A stretch of DNA of 64,000 nt from Camelus dromedarius (GCF_036321535.1 NC_087437.1:12340001-12404000), one strand, 5' to 3'; positions 37,380 through 51,200 are shown, counted from the first letter of the stretch. Made by a program: numbers and translations. The notes: generated from the sequence alone by a model not told the origin.

Positions 37380-37797
37380 CTTCAACCACACTGGATTCTT
37401 TCCTGTTCCTTGAATTCCCCAGTCACGCTCCCACTGAGAGACCTTTGTCCTGACTATCCCCTCTATGCAGAAGAGCCAACTCCCTCTTCCTTCAGAGATT
37501 TCCTTAAATGTCACCTTTGCAGAGAGGCTTACCCCAACTGCCTGATTTTAAAACTATTATTCACTCTCACTTCCAGCATTTCTAATTCCTTTTACACTGT
37601 TTCACTTTTTCTGTTTTTCGGCACTGAATAATTTTTAAAATACGGAATTTTTTTTTAATGCCTATTGTTTATTCCCCACCTAGATGGCAGAGTATTCACA
37701 GATATGATTCCATGTCTCTTAATTACTGGTGAGTCCCACAGGCCTAAATCAGTACCTGGAGGAGAGACAATGTTTGATATTTGCTGAGTGAATCAGG
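37380..37797 (+). mobile_element. L2 3' end
   Basis: cacactggattctttcctgttccttgaa...cttaaatgtcaccttt...atatttgctgagtgaat. Confidence 0.75.
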
Positions 37798-39011
37798 TGC
37801 CCGTAGCATGGCTGGAAGAGCTGGAGGAGAAGCCGGGTGCTGCCCCCTGCCTCATGGGTCACACCACCGTAGCTGCAACCCCAGCTCAGGTGGCTGTTGA
37901 TAACGAAGCGCAGTGCACGCTGGGCTGGGAGAGCTTGCCACCACAACACGCACATCCTTGGGAGCTTCCCTGACAGCATTCACCACCACGGGAGTTTGAT
38001 CTCCGCTTCACTTCCACCTTGCAAACCCCTAGGAAGACTATTTGGCAAATACAGTGTTTATGTTTTCAACTTCTTCAAGTAGAAGGAAGTATCATGGAGG
38101 CTTGGGAAGTCAACCCAACCATCTGCTGTAGGACCTTCACGCATATGGAGGAAGACCACTGTCCCCACTCTTGGGTGGGCAGCCTGAGGCTCAGGGCTGC
38201 ATGATGTCTGGAGGTGTCACAGTGAGCAAGTTTGGGAGCCAGGCTTCCCCATGGATCTCTTCATTCTGAAGCCCTTGCTTCACTCCACATCGTCTCCATT
38301 GGCTACTCACAACATGGTGCCAATAAAACCAAAATCAGGCATTTAAGTCCCCAGGGACGCTTTGCCATCTCCTAGAATTATGGCAGTGACCCTAACTTTT
38401 TCCAGTGAACCAGATGAGAGCGCAGAACTAGGTTTGTGGAAACCAACCAGAATCTAGGAAGAGCAAAGAGCTAGGCTTGTAGAAACCAATCTTCTGCTGG
38501 GAAGAGCAGCTCAAAGCACTGCCTTTCCTGTGGCAGGTTCTTTGTTATTACACACAGTCCACTTAGGTTGAAGAGCACTGAATGGCTTCCCTCCCTATTT
38601 TGGGCCTGACCCCAAGTAGAAATTCTTCGGTTCCTCTGTATCTCAACACTGGTGTCACATCAATCTGACGGGAGGCCACATAATTGCCGAAATTAAAACG
38701 TAATACCTGACACCTTAGAGGTGGCTTGCCGGAGCCTGTGAATATTTATTTAATGGAAATGGAGTCAGGATGACCTTGCTGGGTCAGGCTGACTGTTTCT
38801 CTCCCTGACACACCTTGTGAAGAAGCAGAGAAATCTGAAGCTGTGGATCAATAAGGTCACCTGCCATGGGACCGCCATGCTGAGCAGGATTATTCCATCA
38901 TCAGGGACAGCCACAAGCATTTCTAAGGGGCCAATCTGTGACTGGCCCTGGGTTAGGGTCCAGTCAGACAGGATGAAGGACATGGTTACTAAGTAACTCT
39001 ACTTTTGAGCA

Positions 39012-39588
39012 GGGCAGGCAGGCTCCTAAAATGATTCTCAGTGATCCTCACCTCCTGGTATCCACTCCCTTTTTTAACCTCCTCCCCTTGTGTAAGCATA
39101 GTAGACCTGGCGACTTTCTCCTAATAAAGAGCTATGGCAAAGGTGATGGATGTCATTTCCATCATGAGGTTATAAAAGACCGTGATGTCTATCTTGCTGG
39201 CTTTCTCTCTCTTTCTCTCTCCCTGCCTTCTTCCTCAATATCATGCTTGTCTTGACAAAGCAAGCTGCCATGTTGGAGAGGCCTCCTTGGCAACAAATGG
39301 AGAGTGGCCTTCCTCCAGTATCCTTCTAGGAACTGAGGTCCTCCATCTAACATCTCATGAATAACTGAATTCTGAAAAAGATGCATGAAATTGAAAGTGG
39401 ATCTTTTCCCAGTCAGGCCTAAGATGACTGTAGCCCAGTCAACACCTTGATTGCAGCCAGTAGGAGACCTTGGAGACCCAGCTAAGCTGTGCCCAGACTC
39501 TTGACTGAAAGAAGCTGTGAGATTATAAATGCTGTTGCTTTAAGCCATTAAGTTCTGAGGAATTTTTTGTACAGCCATAGATAATACA
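39012..39588 (+). mobile_element. MLT1F/G-like MaLR solo LTR
   Basis: ctaaaatgattctcagtgatcctcacctcctgg...ggcaaaggtgatggatgtca...cagctaagctgtgcccagactc...ttgctttaagcc...atagataataca. Confidence 0.85.
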
Positions 39589-39809
39589 AGGGAGGCAGAA
39601 TTCTAAAATATGGGTACTCGGTGCTCCATAGAGCCCTGGAAGATGAAAGGCAGAGGAAGGTGTCACCATGCTTAGTAAAACCATTCAGGTGGTTCTATGT
39701 TATAAATCAAACCTTGATGACTCAGCTTGGTGATTACATTCACCAGTGTCCCTTGAGCAGCAATGGAAGACAGGTGCCCCAGAATTCGCCCATTCGTGTC
39801 TTCGTTCAT

Positions 39810-40480
39810 GTATCCACCCATTTATTCCCTCGTGTATTTGAATATTCATGCATCTCCAGGTCCTGTGTCAGAGGCATGAGCTTCCAGTTTAACAGGTGGG
39901 AGCAGCATGGCCTCAATCATCACAGCCATGAATGTATCATTAAAACCTGAGATATTTCCCAAAGTAAAGGAGTAGTCCTAACAGAGGAGCTTGACCCTCA
40001 TCAGGGTGTGGTCAGGACAGGCTTCCCTGAGGAAGCAATACGCTGAGGTAACCAGGTGAACCGGGAAGGGAGAAGCATTCCCACAAAGGAAACAGGGTAA
40101 CAAGGCCGTGTGCTGGCAAGGCCCATTGTCTGATGCACTCAAGAGAGAGGTGGACAGATAGGCAGGGCATGTAAGCAGGGGCCAGGCTGCGCAGGGGGTT
40201 GTGGGAAACATAATAAGAAGCCATTTAAAGAGAGCACGTGGTGGGGACGTGATCAGATTTGTATTTTGGAAATGTTATTCTGGCTACAGTGTGCAAAATC
40301 AGCTGGAGGGGAACTTGAATTGATCCTGGGAGACTCGTTAAGATGCCCTTGCGGTAACCCAGGAGAGAGAGGATGGTGCCTTGCCCTAGGGTGGTGGCTG
40401 AGGGCTGGAGAGCATTTTGAGAGACTTCTCTGGGAAGTGGACAGGCTGATGAGTTTTGGAGGTGAAGCAGAGGACGTGCT
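39810..40480 (-). mobile_element. L2 fragment
   Basis: gtggtcaggacaggcttccctgagg...gatcagatttgtattttggaaa...attctggctacagtgtg antisense L2 pattern. Confidence 0.75.
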
Positions 40481-40731
40481 GTAAGTATCTCCACCTTACA
40501 GATGATTCATTGAGGCTTAGAGAGGGTGTCGACTTGCCCCAAGTCAGCGGCAGAGCCAAAGAGGAGCAAGATTGAAGACGTTAAATTCCATCTTAGACAA
40601 AGGGGCACGAGGCTAGTCTTCCTCCTTCTTGGTCTCCATCCCCGCATGTCCCGATGCACGCGTACAAATACATCTGCACATGCTCAAGCAGGCTCAGTAA
40701 CACACACGTACACACATACACACACACTCAA

Positions 40732-41032
40732 AAACTGGGATTTCAGAATTGTAGAGTTAGATAAACAAGATTATACCGTGTAGCACAGGGAAATATATAC
40801 AAGATCTTATGGTAGCTCGCAGAGAAAAAAATGTGACAATGAATATATATATGTTCATGTATAACTGAAAAATTGTGCTCTACACTGAAATTTGACACAA
40901 CATTGTAAAATGATTATAAATCAATAGGTAAAAAAAATTAAGGGAAAATCATGGGCGTTTGGACTAGTATCTGGAAGAAAAAACAAAAACAAAAACAAAA
41001 ATAAAATGATGAATTAAAGCTTCAAAAAAAAA
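40732..41032 (+). mobile_element. Young L1 3' end (same subfamily as 5700-5928) with multipart tail
   Basis: Shares tagataaacaagattatac...caagatctt(a/g)tggtagctc...gacacaacattgtaaa with the 5700 copy; three A-rich tracts separated by unique sequence. Confidence 0.85.
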
Positions 41033-41846
41033 TTTCTAAAACCCACTTTTTCTGCCCTCCCTATTTTGTTTCCTTTAAGCCGTCTATCTCAGCCAAGGAC
41101 CACTCTCTAGCTGCCCAAACCCGTTTGATTAATTGCCAACCCCCGACCCCCTCTGGCCCTCTCTCTTGCATACAGTGCTGTATTCTTCATGCCCTCTCTA
41201 CTGCCGCCCCTCCGGCATTTTGCAATAAGGTTTTCAAGTGCCTCCTCCTCTCCAGCCTCTTTCTTCTCCAGTGTGTCCTGGACGGAGTTGCTGGATTCAC
41301 TTTCTTCAACTACCTCTTTGGTCATAACAAGACCCTGTTCAAAACCTTCAGGCGCCCCACCACCTGAGCTTAAAGCCCCACCTCCTTACTGCACTCCTTT
41401 CACCCTCTAAACACAACTCCCTAATGATTTTTCTCTGATTCCTGGTTCCCCAAGTTCGCTTAGTCTTCACCCACATGTAAACTGGCCATTTGAACATCTT
41501 AATAGTATCTAGATATTGACAGAGTTCTTTCTCATATTCACAACAACCCCACAATGGTAGTATGTTCACATTTCACAGAGCAGTAAATTGAGACTCAGAG
41601 ATGAGTTCATCATGGTAAGTGATGCCTGTACTATTACTCATTATATACTTCTCTTTAACTAAACCTACACGTTTTACTTAAATGTATTTATTTTATGAGA
41701 GACTATATGTATCATAGTTATAAGTGAAAACGTCCCTGTCCACTGTGAATCCCTCCCTCTCTCTGTTAAGGGGAGATCAGAGAAGGAGAGACACACTGCA
41801 GCAGAGACTTTCTCCTGGATGAGCTTAGGAGCCATGGAAGAGGCCA

Positions 41847-41966
41847 CTGGCTTCTCACTGTGTGACTGTTTTCCCATTTGCATTTGTGGTCCTCATAAAT
41901 TAATCCACATCCTGCAAGTGATTCAGGTCTCACATCTTGGGCAGAAAGGCACTGTTGACGTGTTCA
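41847..41966. repeat. Arm A of a 120-bp inverted repeat (partner 43131-43250)
   Basis: Manual alignment: about 10 mismatches in 120 nt, no gaps. Confidence 0.95.
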
Positions 41967-43130
41967 TCACCTTGAATAAAGTTAAGCACCCAGGGTGCGT
42001 GTCTGTGAATTCTGGTGTTCTCTTCCAGCAGAGAAGAGAATGCATCCTAAATGCATGGTCCTTTCTCCACCCAAAGTTCGTTCCTGGCTCGGCTTTGCTT
42101 TTTCCATATACTCTGTATTCCAAACCACATTTCTTCCTGTGTTTCCACTTCTAAGAAAGAGAAAGAAGCTAAGTTTTTGGAATAAGCAATTTCTCTACAG
42201 AGATTCCCAAAGCTCCACTCATACCAAGCTAAATAACCTCTCGTTCTACGGGACGTTGGTCGCCGAGGCCAGCGCTGAGGTCATTGGCAGGGCAGAAGAG
42301 GGAAGTGTGGAGGGGAAATGCCTGCATCCATTCCTAGTCCACACACAGATGGGCACCTCAGCCTCCCTTAGTACCAGGTGTTCTTCACAAATTCCAGCTC
42401 CTTGGGTATGAGTTCAAAAATTGTGAAGGGTCTTCCCCTTTGTTAGCTGATAAAATGCATGGAAAATCACTTGTAAATTACGAAGTGTTCTACATAAATA
42501 TAATGTCTTCTGTATTTCCTATTTTTCACCATTCATTTAATTTTGAAAACTAAATTCAGGAAGGATGCAAATAGACATTGTTGAGATATGATTGTAGCTC
42601 ATGATAGAACCATTTCTCTTCCATCTGTTCTTAGCCATATTCACTTAGAGCTCAGTAAAAGCAGATCCACTGTCATCCCTGACGTTCAGGGAGTGCGTGT
42701 CAGATCACAAATTTATACGTCAAGGTGCATTAAAAGGGGAGGGGAAGGTATTTTTCACTATTAAGTTATCTTCAAAGCTGGTGGCTTTTTAAAAAAAACT
42801 CATATTTAATAGACATTAAACAGTATGTTTATCCAGCTAAAAGTATCAAAAGTAGTGTTAAAAGTAAGTGGCAAAATATAGTAAAACATTGTCAAGAAAT
42901 TCAAGGCGCAGATACTGTAAAGCAGTTCTAGGGAACTGTCCACGTGGGGTACAGGCAACACTGCACCTAGCAGGCAGCTGGTGCTTTTTACTGTGACCTC
43001 AGCTTGGAGAGAAAGGAGGGAAGTGGTTAAGATATTCTGGAATATGAAATAAATAACTAGCAGCAGAATAAATGATCTAGAGAGACTTTGGAACTAATCT
43101 TTACCCCGCCTGCCCCCTTCTCCTTAGCTC

Positions 43131-43250
43131 TGAACACGTCAATAGTGCCTTTCTGCCCAAGATGTGAGACCTGCGTCACTTGCAGGATGTGGATTGATTT
43201 ATGAGGAACAGGAATGCAAATGGGAGAACAGTCACACAGAGAGAAACCAG
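43131..43250. repeat. Arm B of a 120-bp inverted repeat (partner 41847-41966)
   Basis: tgaacacgtcaatagtgcc...gagaaaccag is the reverse complement of arm A. Confidence 0.95.
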
Positions 43251-43844
43251 GAGGTGACTTGGGCCAGGAGGTGACATCGCATATGTGAGGGGCTCTACCC
43301 CAGGTGGCACCCATTTGGTGAATGATTACCGGGCCACAGACTGCCTTTCTTCACGGGAGATGCTCCCATTCATCAGCAGAACTCCCTACAACAGAGTCAG
43401 TGAAAGACAGTCATCTCAGAACTGCCATCTTTAAAGAGAATTTGTCATCCTTTGGCATTGTGCTTTCTCTCCTAAAGATTGAAGTCCTGCTTTCTACCAT
43501 CCTTGTAGAAATTTGGGACACTAATCTTTACCCCAACTCCTTAACTCCTTTTATGTCCCCTTCTCCTTAACTCTCCCTTTTATGCAAGTTCTCATTCAAT
43601 GACCATTTTCCAACAAGCAGAGGACCAGAACCTTTTGTAATTCCTCATTCCTTGAACTTCCCCTGCAGTTGGAGGCCTGAACTTCTGGAATAATAATCCA
43701 TGAGCCAAAGGTGATGTTAACTCAGTTACACTGTCCCACCACCGAGGCAGGGCTTCATGTGTCAAAGTGCATGCAGTCGCCTGGACCAGCAGAGGAGCCT
43801 GTTCAGACGTGCCCTGCAGTAATTTAGAGCCCAGGTTTGGGCCC

Positions 43845-44035
43845 AAAGTTGAATTCCAGTATCAGTTCTATCTCCCACACACTGGAATCCTGGTCAAGTT
43901 CCTTAGTGTATCTGACCCTATTTCTTCATTCACCCAAAATGATGAATAAGACTTCTCTCACGGGATGCTGTGAGGTTGAAATAAGATAAGTATATGAAGT
44001 CCTCAGCACCATGCTGGACACATGGCAAATGGTCA
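43845..44035 (+). mobile_element. MIR SINE
   Basis: ggtcaagttccttagt...ctgtgaggttgaaataagat...cctcagcaccatgctggacaca. Confidence 0.75.
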
Positions 44036-44446
44036 GTGAGGATGGATTTATGGACGGTAGACTCTCAAAGAGACACAGTATCCATGTCCCCGTCACCACC
44101 AGGCACCTCTCAACCATAGCTCCCTTGCTAAAAGGCCAGGGTTGTCCAGAGATGTCTTTAATGTGTACATGCATATATTGTCTGACAAAACTGAGCTGCA
44201 AGGAGGTTTAGATCGACAGAATGGTCTGTCATCATTTACTAAACTTCAGCAGAAAAGGATTCTGCTGGCCGTAACTCACATCCACTTGAAATAATCTCAC
44301 TTGACTTCATTAAGCTTGAAGAATTGCATCTCTCCTTCACCCCTGCTTCCTCAGACTTACTTAGCCTTTTACAGCTCAAAAGATAATTGCTCTATTAACA
44401 AATGTTTATAGCATAATAAAGGAGGAGGAGGGAGGAACAGGGTTTC

Positions 44447-44483
<37 letters not shown>

Positions 44484-44865
44484 CTGTCTGGGCCATTCCC
44501 TTCAGTTTCTTGGAAGTACTGGAGGGTGATGGAATAAGCCAGAAATTATTTTTGGAATTGAACCAAAGGATTCATTTTCCAGCCACTAGCAAACTGTTCT
44601 TAGCCAAGAGACTCCAGGCCTTGTGGGGAATGAGACTACCAGGAATTCCTAGTGGCTGAAGGGCTGTCACCACAACATTGAGCTGTGAAGAAATCTTGGC
44701 TTTACTGGAAATCAGGAAAAGGCTCTGGCAGGTACTGGTGGGGCTGGTGGAAAGTCCCTCTGGGGCCTGGGGTTGGGGGACTGGAGACAGCCTTCTGCAG
44801 AATGCACCCCTCTTCTTCGGGCCAGTGAAGAGCTGGACTGTTCAAATCAAAACCCCTTGTAACTG

Positions 44866-45224
44866 TGTGTCATGGGCTGACATGCCTCCAGACTCAGATG
44901 CTGAAGTTAAATACCCAGTACCTAGCAATGTGACTGTGTTTGGGGAGATGTGATCGTCTTTAAAGAGATCATTAAGGCTGAATAAAGTCATTAGGGTGGA
45001 CCCTAATCCAGTCTGACCGGTGTCCTTTATAAGATGAGATCAGGACACAGATACACGTGGGGAGAAGACTGGGTGAAGACCCCTAGAGAAGATAGCCATC
45101 TTTGAGGGGGGCCTCAGAAGAAATAAAACATTAACACCTCTGTCTTGGACTCCCAGCCTCTGGACTGCTGTTTAAGCCGCCCAGGCTCTGGCACTTTTGT
45201 TAGCAGGCTAAGCTGAGTAATACA
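44866..45224 (+). mobile_element. MLT1A-like MaLR solo LTR
   Basis: gctgaagttaaatacccagtacc...aatgtgactgtgtttgg...ccctaatccagtctgaccggtgtcctt...gctgtttaagccgcccagg...taataca. Confidence 0.85.
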
Positions 45225-48200
45225 CTGTGTTAGAGGACACAGGACACACACCTCATGACTAGGGAAGACTGTTCCTTTGTGGTCTCCCCCAAACACTCAG
45301 AAGCCTTTACAAGGAGCACCTCTGACACTTGGAGGCTCCAGGTGGGCACATGGTTTAGATTCAGGGTCAGAAGTGCATGCACCCATGTGGTCACCTCCTT
45401 GATGAGTTGGTGCTTGTTTGGTTGATATCCTTCCTCTTGGGCTGTGCTGACTTCTTCCTAGGGCATTCTTCCCTTGACAAGGGCCATTGGCAGTGAAGAG
45501 CGCCCTTAGCTTTCTGCTCACTCCTCTGCTTTTCCCTCACCTTCCTGCTTCCCTCCCTCTCCCCCAGAACACAAATCGTGATTTGTCTTTGACCCACTGA
45601 TGACGTTTTTTCCCCGAGAATTTAACATCATGTTACCCCGTCATCAATATCCAAGCCCCCTCCCCACCTCTGACGCTGGAAATCTCTAGGGCTTCTCGGC
45701 CGGAAGGGGACCAGGGGCAAGGGTCTTGGCAAAGAGACAGCTCTGCTCTGGCACAGGTCACCTGTCACGCTGGGCAGGTCCCCGCCTTTCTGGTTCCCTC
45801 ACCCTGAGGTTCCCCCTCTGAGAAAGAGAGTTTTATCTTTACGCTCCCTCCAGAATGAACATGCACCTGCTCCACAAAGATATGAACAAATCCACACCTC
45901 GAGACAACGTGGCTCTCTCCCATGGGATGCACCGGCACGGCCATTGCTGATCAGCTCAGGGGCGATCACTGAGCACTGTGCGTTCCTTAAAGAATTTCAG
46001 CAATCGGCTGCATGTGCAGAAACCAGTCAGTAAGGGACCAAAATAAGACAGTGAACTTTGCTTTGTACTCATGTCTTTAAGGGCTGTAAGAAGGCTTACC
46101 CTGAGTCTTGCGTGTAAGAAGTCATAATGTAAGAGAGATGTGTGAAAACGCTCGAGCTAGATGTTTGATTTTTTTTTTTTTTAACACACACAGCTTGCTT
46201 GCACACTGCCTTTTCCAGTGCTGCGTTTGGCCTCAGAGGGTAACTAAGAAAAACATCTGAGATTGTTGGAGGGGAGCTTCACCTGCCAGTCTGGGCTGCA
46301 CGATCTCTATAGCAACCAAACATAAATCAAGGAAATGGCCCCTTTTGTAAGTTGGTTAATAGGCACAACATGCTTCTTTAGAAAATCCAACCATTCTTTC
46401 AATAGACTTTGATTGAAAGTCAGCCTTTTCTTCAGACGCATTCACATTCACATCTAGTAGCAGCTTGTATGGCTGTCCACAGGCTAATTTATTACCCTTT
46501 AAAGATCTGGCAAAGAAAAAATGGCTCTCAGAACAATGTTTACATTCAGAGGCATAAGCACAGAGCCACAAAAGAGCATCCTTTTGTTCTGAACTTGCAA
46601 TATTAATCTTTAACCTGGGACTTTAACTTTCCCCCTCTTCTGGGGTTCGACAGGACCCCTCCTCTCATTAAAATTTTACCAATTTAATATGACTTTGTTT
46701 CTAACATGTGGGAAGAGGGGTGTCAGCCTTCCTCCCATTGTTTTGCCAAACCTTGGTAGAGATTCTTTGTTTCTCTGACTGCTCACTTTTTGCTCGAGGA
46801 ATACTCTGCTTCAGGGCTGGCCGATGAGGGAAGCTGGCGCTCTTGTCTGTAGTGGGAGAATTTGGCTAATTCACCAGACTACAAGGGCTGCTCCTCCCTA
46901 CTCTTCGTGAAGCTGGGGAAAGGCCATCAGTTGGTGAGTTGGTCCTCTCACACCCCACCCCACCAAAACATAATTTGGAAATGGATCCAAGAAATGCCCT
47001 GCGCTGGGCCAGTCCTCCCCTGTGTCACAGGGTGTGAAGGCAACAAGGGGACACCCTGCGCAGTCCTCTCATGTGGGCTGGGTCACATCAGTAAGAACAT
47101 GAGCAATGCCTCTTAAGGGGGGGGCCAAATGCCAGGCCTCGTCTTCCTGCTAGGGAAGGAGAGATGGGGAAAAGCCTGTAAAAATATACCTTTGTCATTT
47201 TCTAAAGTAGATTATGAGATGAAACAGTACTTCCAAAACAAGAAGCCTGTGTTGCTCTGTTGAGTGTCACATCACAGACGGAGTCGGGCAAGCAATGTGT
47301 ATTAATGCCTCCTTCTTTAGCCTCCTATGATCCTCAGAAACCAAAGTCTTCAGAAGCCAGATTCTAGAGACGCTCCCTTCCCTTTGATCTGGTCAGCTGT
47401 CCCTACCGGCAAGAGGGGAGTCAAGGGTTGGTTTCCAAATGTGCGTGATTAAATGTGCACTTTATTTCAGCTGAAGCACTGGGTTATGAGAAGAAGTGGT
47501 CTCCCGCTCTTCAGGGCTGGGCACCTAGAAATTGTGCACTAGACTGAAAACACCTTTAGAGTCTGCCACGTGGAAGGACCCCCCAAAATGTAACGCAAAA
47601 GAAGTACAGTGTGCGAGAGAGGTCCTCTAGAACAGAAAAAGCTCCCAAACGGTCAGCACAGGGAGGTGGCCTGGGCATCACACAGGGCCAAAAGGTGTGG
47701 CTGAGCCGCTGTGTTCACAGCTGGGCTGTGTGGTCTCAGCCAGGTCAGACAGCTCACGTGTGAGTTTCCACCACGTGCCACATCTGAGGTGAGGCGTGTG
47801 TTGGAGAGTCAGCACAGTCCAGCAGTCACACTTGTGGGCAAAGGCACTGACCTGTGCGGGCTCAGACCCCAGCTCTGCCCCTCCCTGCCCCTGGCCCTGT
47901 CCCATCGGGCAAGTGACTGTACCTCCTCGAGCTGTTTCCTCATTTAAGAGAAAGTTATAACAGTACCGCCTTCATCCCACTGGTCAGAGGACCTGTGTGT
48001 TACAATTAATCACTTACAGCAGCCCTGGCCGATCTAAGCCCTCAAGGGTTAGCTGCTATTAACATTTTTAATGTTTCTGGGGTAGTTGCTGTCATCGTGT
48101 TGGTATTGTTGGCTACCGGGGAGGATACCTTACCCAACACACAGCAACACATTTTCCCAGTTTAGGTGACATGGCAGAACTCTGGCTGGACAAACAGAAA

Positions 48201-51200
48201 GTAATTTCCCAAGGCTGGAGTGACTCCATGAAGAAAATCCAGAGATGGAAATCAGCTTGTGTCCATGGCAATAACGCATCCCATTTGCCTAAAACCATTA
48301 TCACCTGGTACGTCCATCCTTGTCCACAATCCTATTTGATGGAAACATCTCAAGGTGAGGAGATCTGGCTGAAGAGGCTCTGTGTATGTGTGTGTGTGTT
48401 GAGGGTGGGAGGAACTGTCTCCCATCTTTCTCTGCCACCAAAAGAGGAACTGGGTCTACCCACCACCCTGGCCTATCTCACAGGGCCACAGGCTAGTTGC
48501 ATTTTTGCAATTCAAGCTGAGAAGCCTGGGGCCCAGTTTCACGTGTGTCACAGCCAGGAGTGGCCCATCAGGGCCCGGGCCTGACCCCTGATCATTTGTT
48601 CCTTGTGATAAGTCTCCTCCGCTTCTGCGAGAGTATCAAGGAGACAAAGTAAATCCAGAGGAGGTGGAAACGGATGCTTACCGAAGGATTCACCAAGGAA
48701 AATGCAACCTGTTTGCCAGAAAAGGCCCCTGCATCTGTAAGAACTGCAGGAACAAATCAGAACTTACCAAAAGAATCAATAGAATTTTTAAAAACTGAAG
48801 AGGACTGAGATTTTTTAAAAATATATTTTGTCATTGGTTAATCATTAAATTTTAAGCCTTGAGTCCTCACTGAGGAGGAATATGTTCTAATGGGAAAGGT
48901 TTAGGTTTTGGAGAGAGACCTTTGGACCCCAAGAACTTAACTTCAGTACCTACTGTGTGGCCTGAGGTGAGTCCTAGTCCCGAATGGAGTGGTCCAGCCA
49001 TCCATCAGTCTGCATCCACTAATGACAAACGCTCACTCTTCTGGCTTCTTCTCACAGGAGGAATTTCCTGTAGGGAATTGGTTGTATGGATGATGGAAGA
49101 GCTGAAAGAGAGCTTCAGAAGCGCGGCCACCCACATGGCAGCTTGACGGGCAGCAGAAGGGACAACCAGATGAGATGGGGCTGCAGAGTCCGGGGGCTGG
49201 GCCAGGGGCAGGTGCCGAGCCCCAGAGGAGGTTCCGCCACACAGGAGAAGCACCTGAGGCAGAGGGAGCCATGTCTTGGCTTCTCTCTTCACCTGCCCCT
49301 CACGGGTGGAAACTTCTGGAAGCCAGCTGGCAACGTAGTCACACTTTCTCTATCTCTTCCCCTTCTGCTCCTGCAAAAATGGAAGAAAAATTCCCAAGCT
49401 TTGCAGATTATCTTCCAGATTCACCCCCTGCCCTGCCCCTGCTCTGCGCTTTATCACAGGGTACCAGGGCAGAGAGGTCGGTAACCCGGGACCAGGTGGC
49501 CCTGTGCTGTGTGACCAGGCCTGGGCTATCACCTCGTGGGATACCAGAACGTATTTCTATGTGTTTTCCTCTAAAGACATTCAGAGTATGTTCTTTTCCC
49601 AAAAGGACCACACATAACCCTAAGTGGTAGATGTATATGTTACCACTTATCACGTAACTCTTCTATGCTAGGGGCAACGAGGTGTATGGTTAAGGACTGA
49701 GGCTTCTAAGTCCTTTGATGCAAATCCTGGCTGTACCTTCTGTGTGGTGTTAGGCAATTTAACTTCTCTGTTCCTTACTTTTCTCATTGTAAATGGGATG
49801 AAGAATCGTCCCAATCTCATGGCATTTTTCTTTTTAAATCTGCCTAAGGATGCAGGGCTGCTTTCTCCTAAGTATTAAATGATAATTTTCTCAGGCCCTA
49901 CCTAAAGTTCTGAAGTCTCAGTGGCCTGCCTTTATTGCGGTGGTAGGATGATAAACTGGGACTTTTTCAGCCTCCGTTTTGACGAAGGTACCAGCATGCT
50001 GATATCAGATACCAACCTCCAGGTGAAGCAGATCACCGGAAGCAGAAAGGAAAGTGCTGAGAACATCACCTCATCACCTCCAGGAGCCGTTGGAGGATTC
50101 AGAAGCACCAGGAGGCAGGGCAAGTGTGTATGAAGGATCTGGAGAAAGACAAACTTCGTCTCACATGCTAAAGGGTTTCTCAAAAGGTGGTCTTGTTGAC
50201 CAAGTGAATAAATGTCCATGGCGGTCTGTGCAAGGATGCATAACCCGACCTAATATAATAAACGCTGGGACAGTCGGGTACCAGAACAGGCAAAAACGTG
50301 AGATGAGCCTCGAAAGAAGAAACTTAGAAAAAGATTAGAAGATGAAAACGTTATGAAATGCCCAGAAAGAAAGAAAGAAAGACTCTCTCAACCACAGCAG
50401 AAAATCTGAAGGACAAACAGCCCTAGAGTATTCCAAAAAATAACTGTTTCTGTTCCAAAGAAGCTGGAAATGAGGATTTTGCCAGAAGCTACTGCCTGAA
50501 GGGAAGTTGAGACGGCCACACCCATGGGAAAAGGAGGATGGCAAGGAACTTCACCATTTTCTAGCTGGGGACCTCTGGCAAATTATGTCCCCGTGCCTCT
50601 TGTTTCATCGTCTGTAAAATTCTGATTTTAATTGTACATCCCTCTTGACATTGATGTGATGTTAACTTGAGTTTGTCTGTGAAAGTTCTTAGTGTGGCAC
50701 CTGGCGGGTAATACACATCCACAATTCTTAGCGCAGTTATTTTAATGATTTGGTGGTAAAGGCTTAGTAAATTATTCAAGGAAGAGGAGGATGGGAATGA
50801 CCTGGATCCCTGGGGGTGGGGGGGACCTTATTCTACCTGGGAGTGTCAAGTTATTCCCTGTCCCAAGTGTTTTGACTGTTTCATTTGGTGATTCTCAGCC
50901 TGGCTCTCCAGCCTGACCCATGAACTGGTCTGTGTCATTGTCACTGGTTATAACTGGGAAGTCCTATGACTTTTGTTTTCTTGCCTCAATCCATAGGACT
51001 TGTTAAACAAGCCAGCTCTCTCATTCATTAGTGTGCGATCTGCTTTACTCCCCAGCTGATCTGGAGAGAAGGTTTCACAGGGGCAAGGAGATATTCCTTC
51101 AGTATCATGGCAGCGGGTCCCTGAGACCCGTGGACCACGATGGGTCCGAAGACTTTGTGTTCGGTGTAGGGCTCTCATTCCCCGAGTGTCTGTGATGTAT

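Noticed and set aside
49086..49630. Overlapping 132-151-aa ORFs
   Set aside because: GC-rich stretch with ORFs in several frames on both strands and no recognisable protein, as expected by chance.
49972..50119. Plus-strand exon candidate (tttttcag|CCTCCG...AGG|gcaagt)
   Set aside because: Non-canonical GC donor, no partner exons found and an unrecognised peptide.
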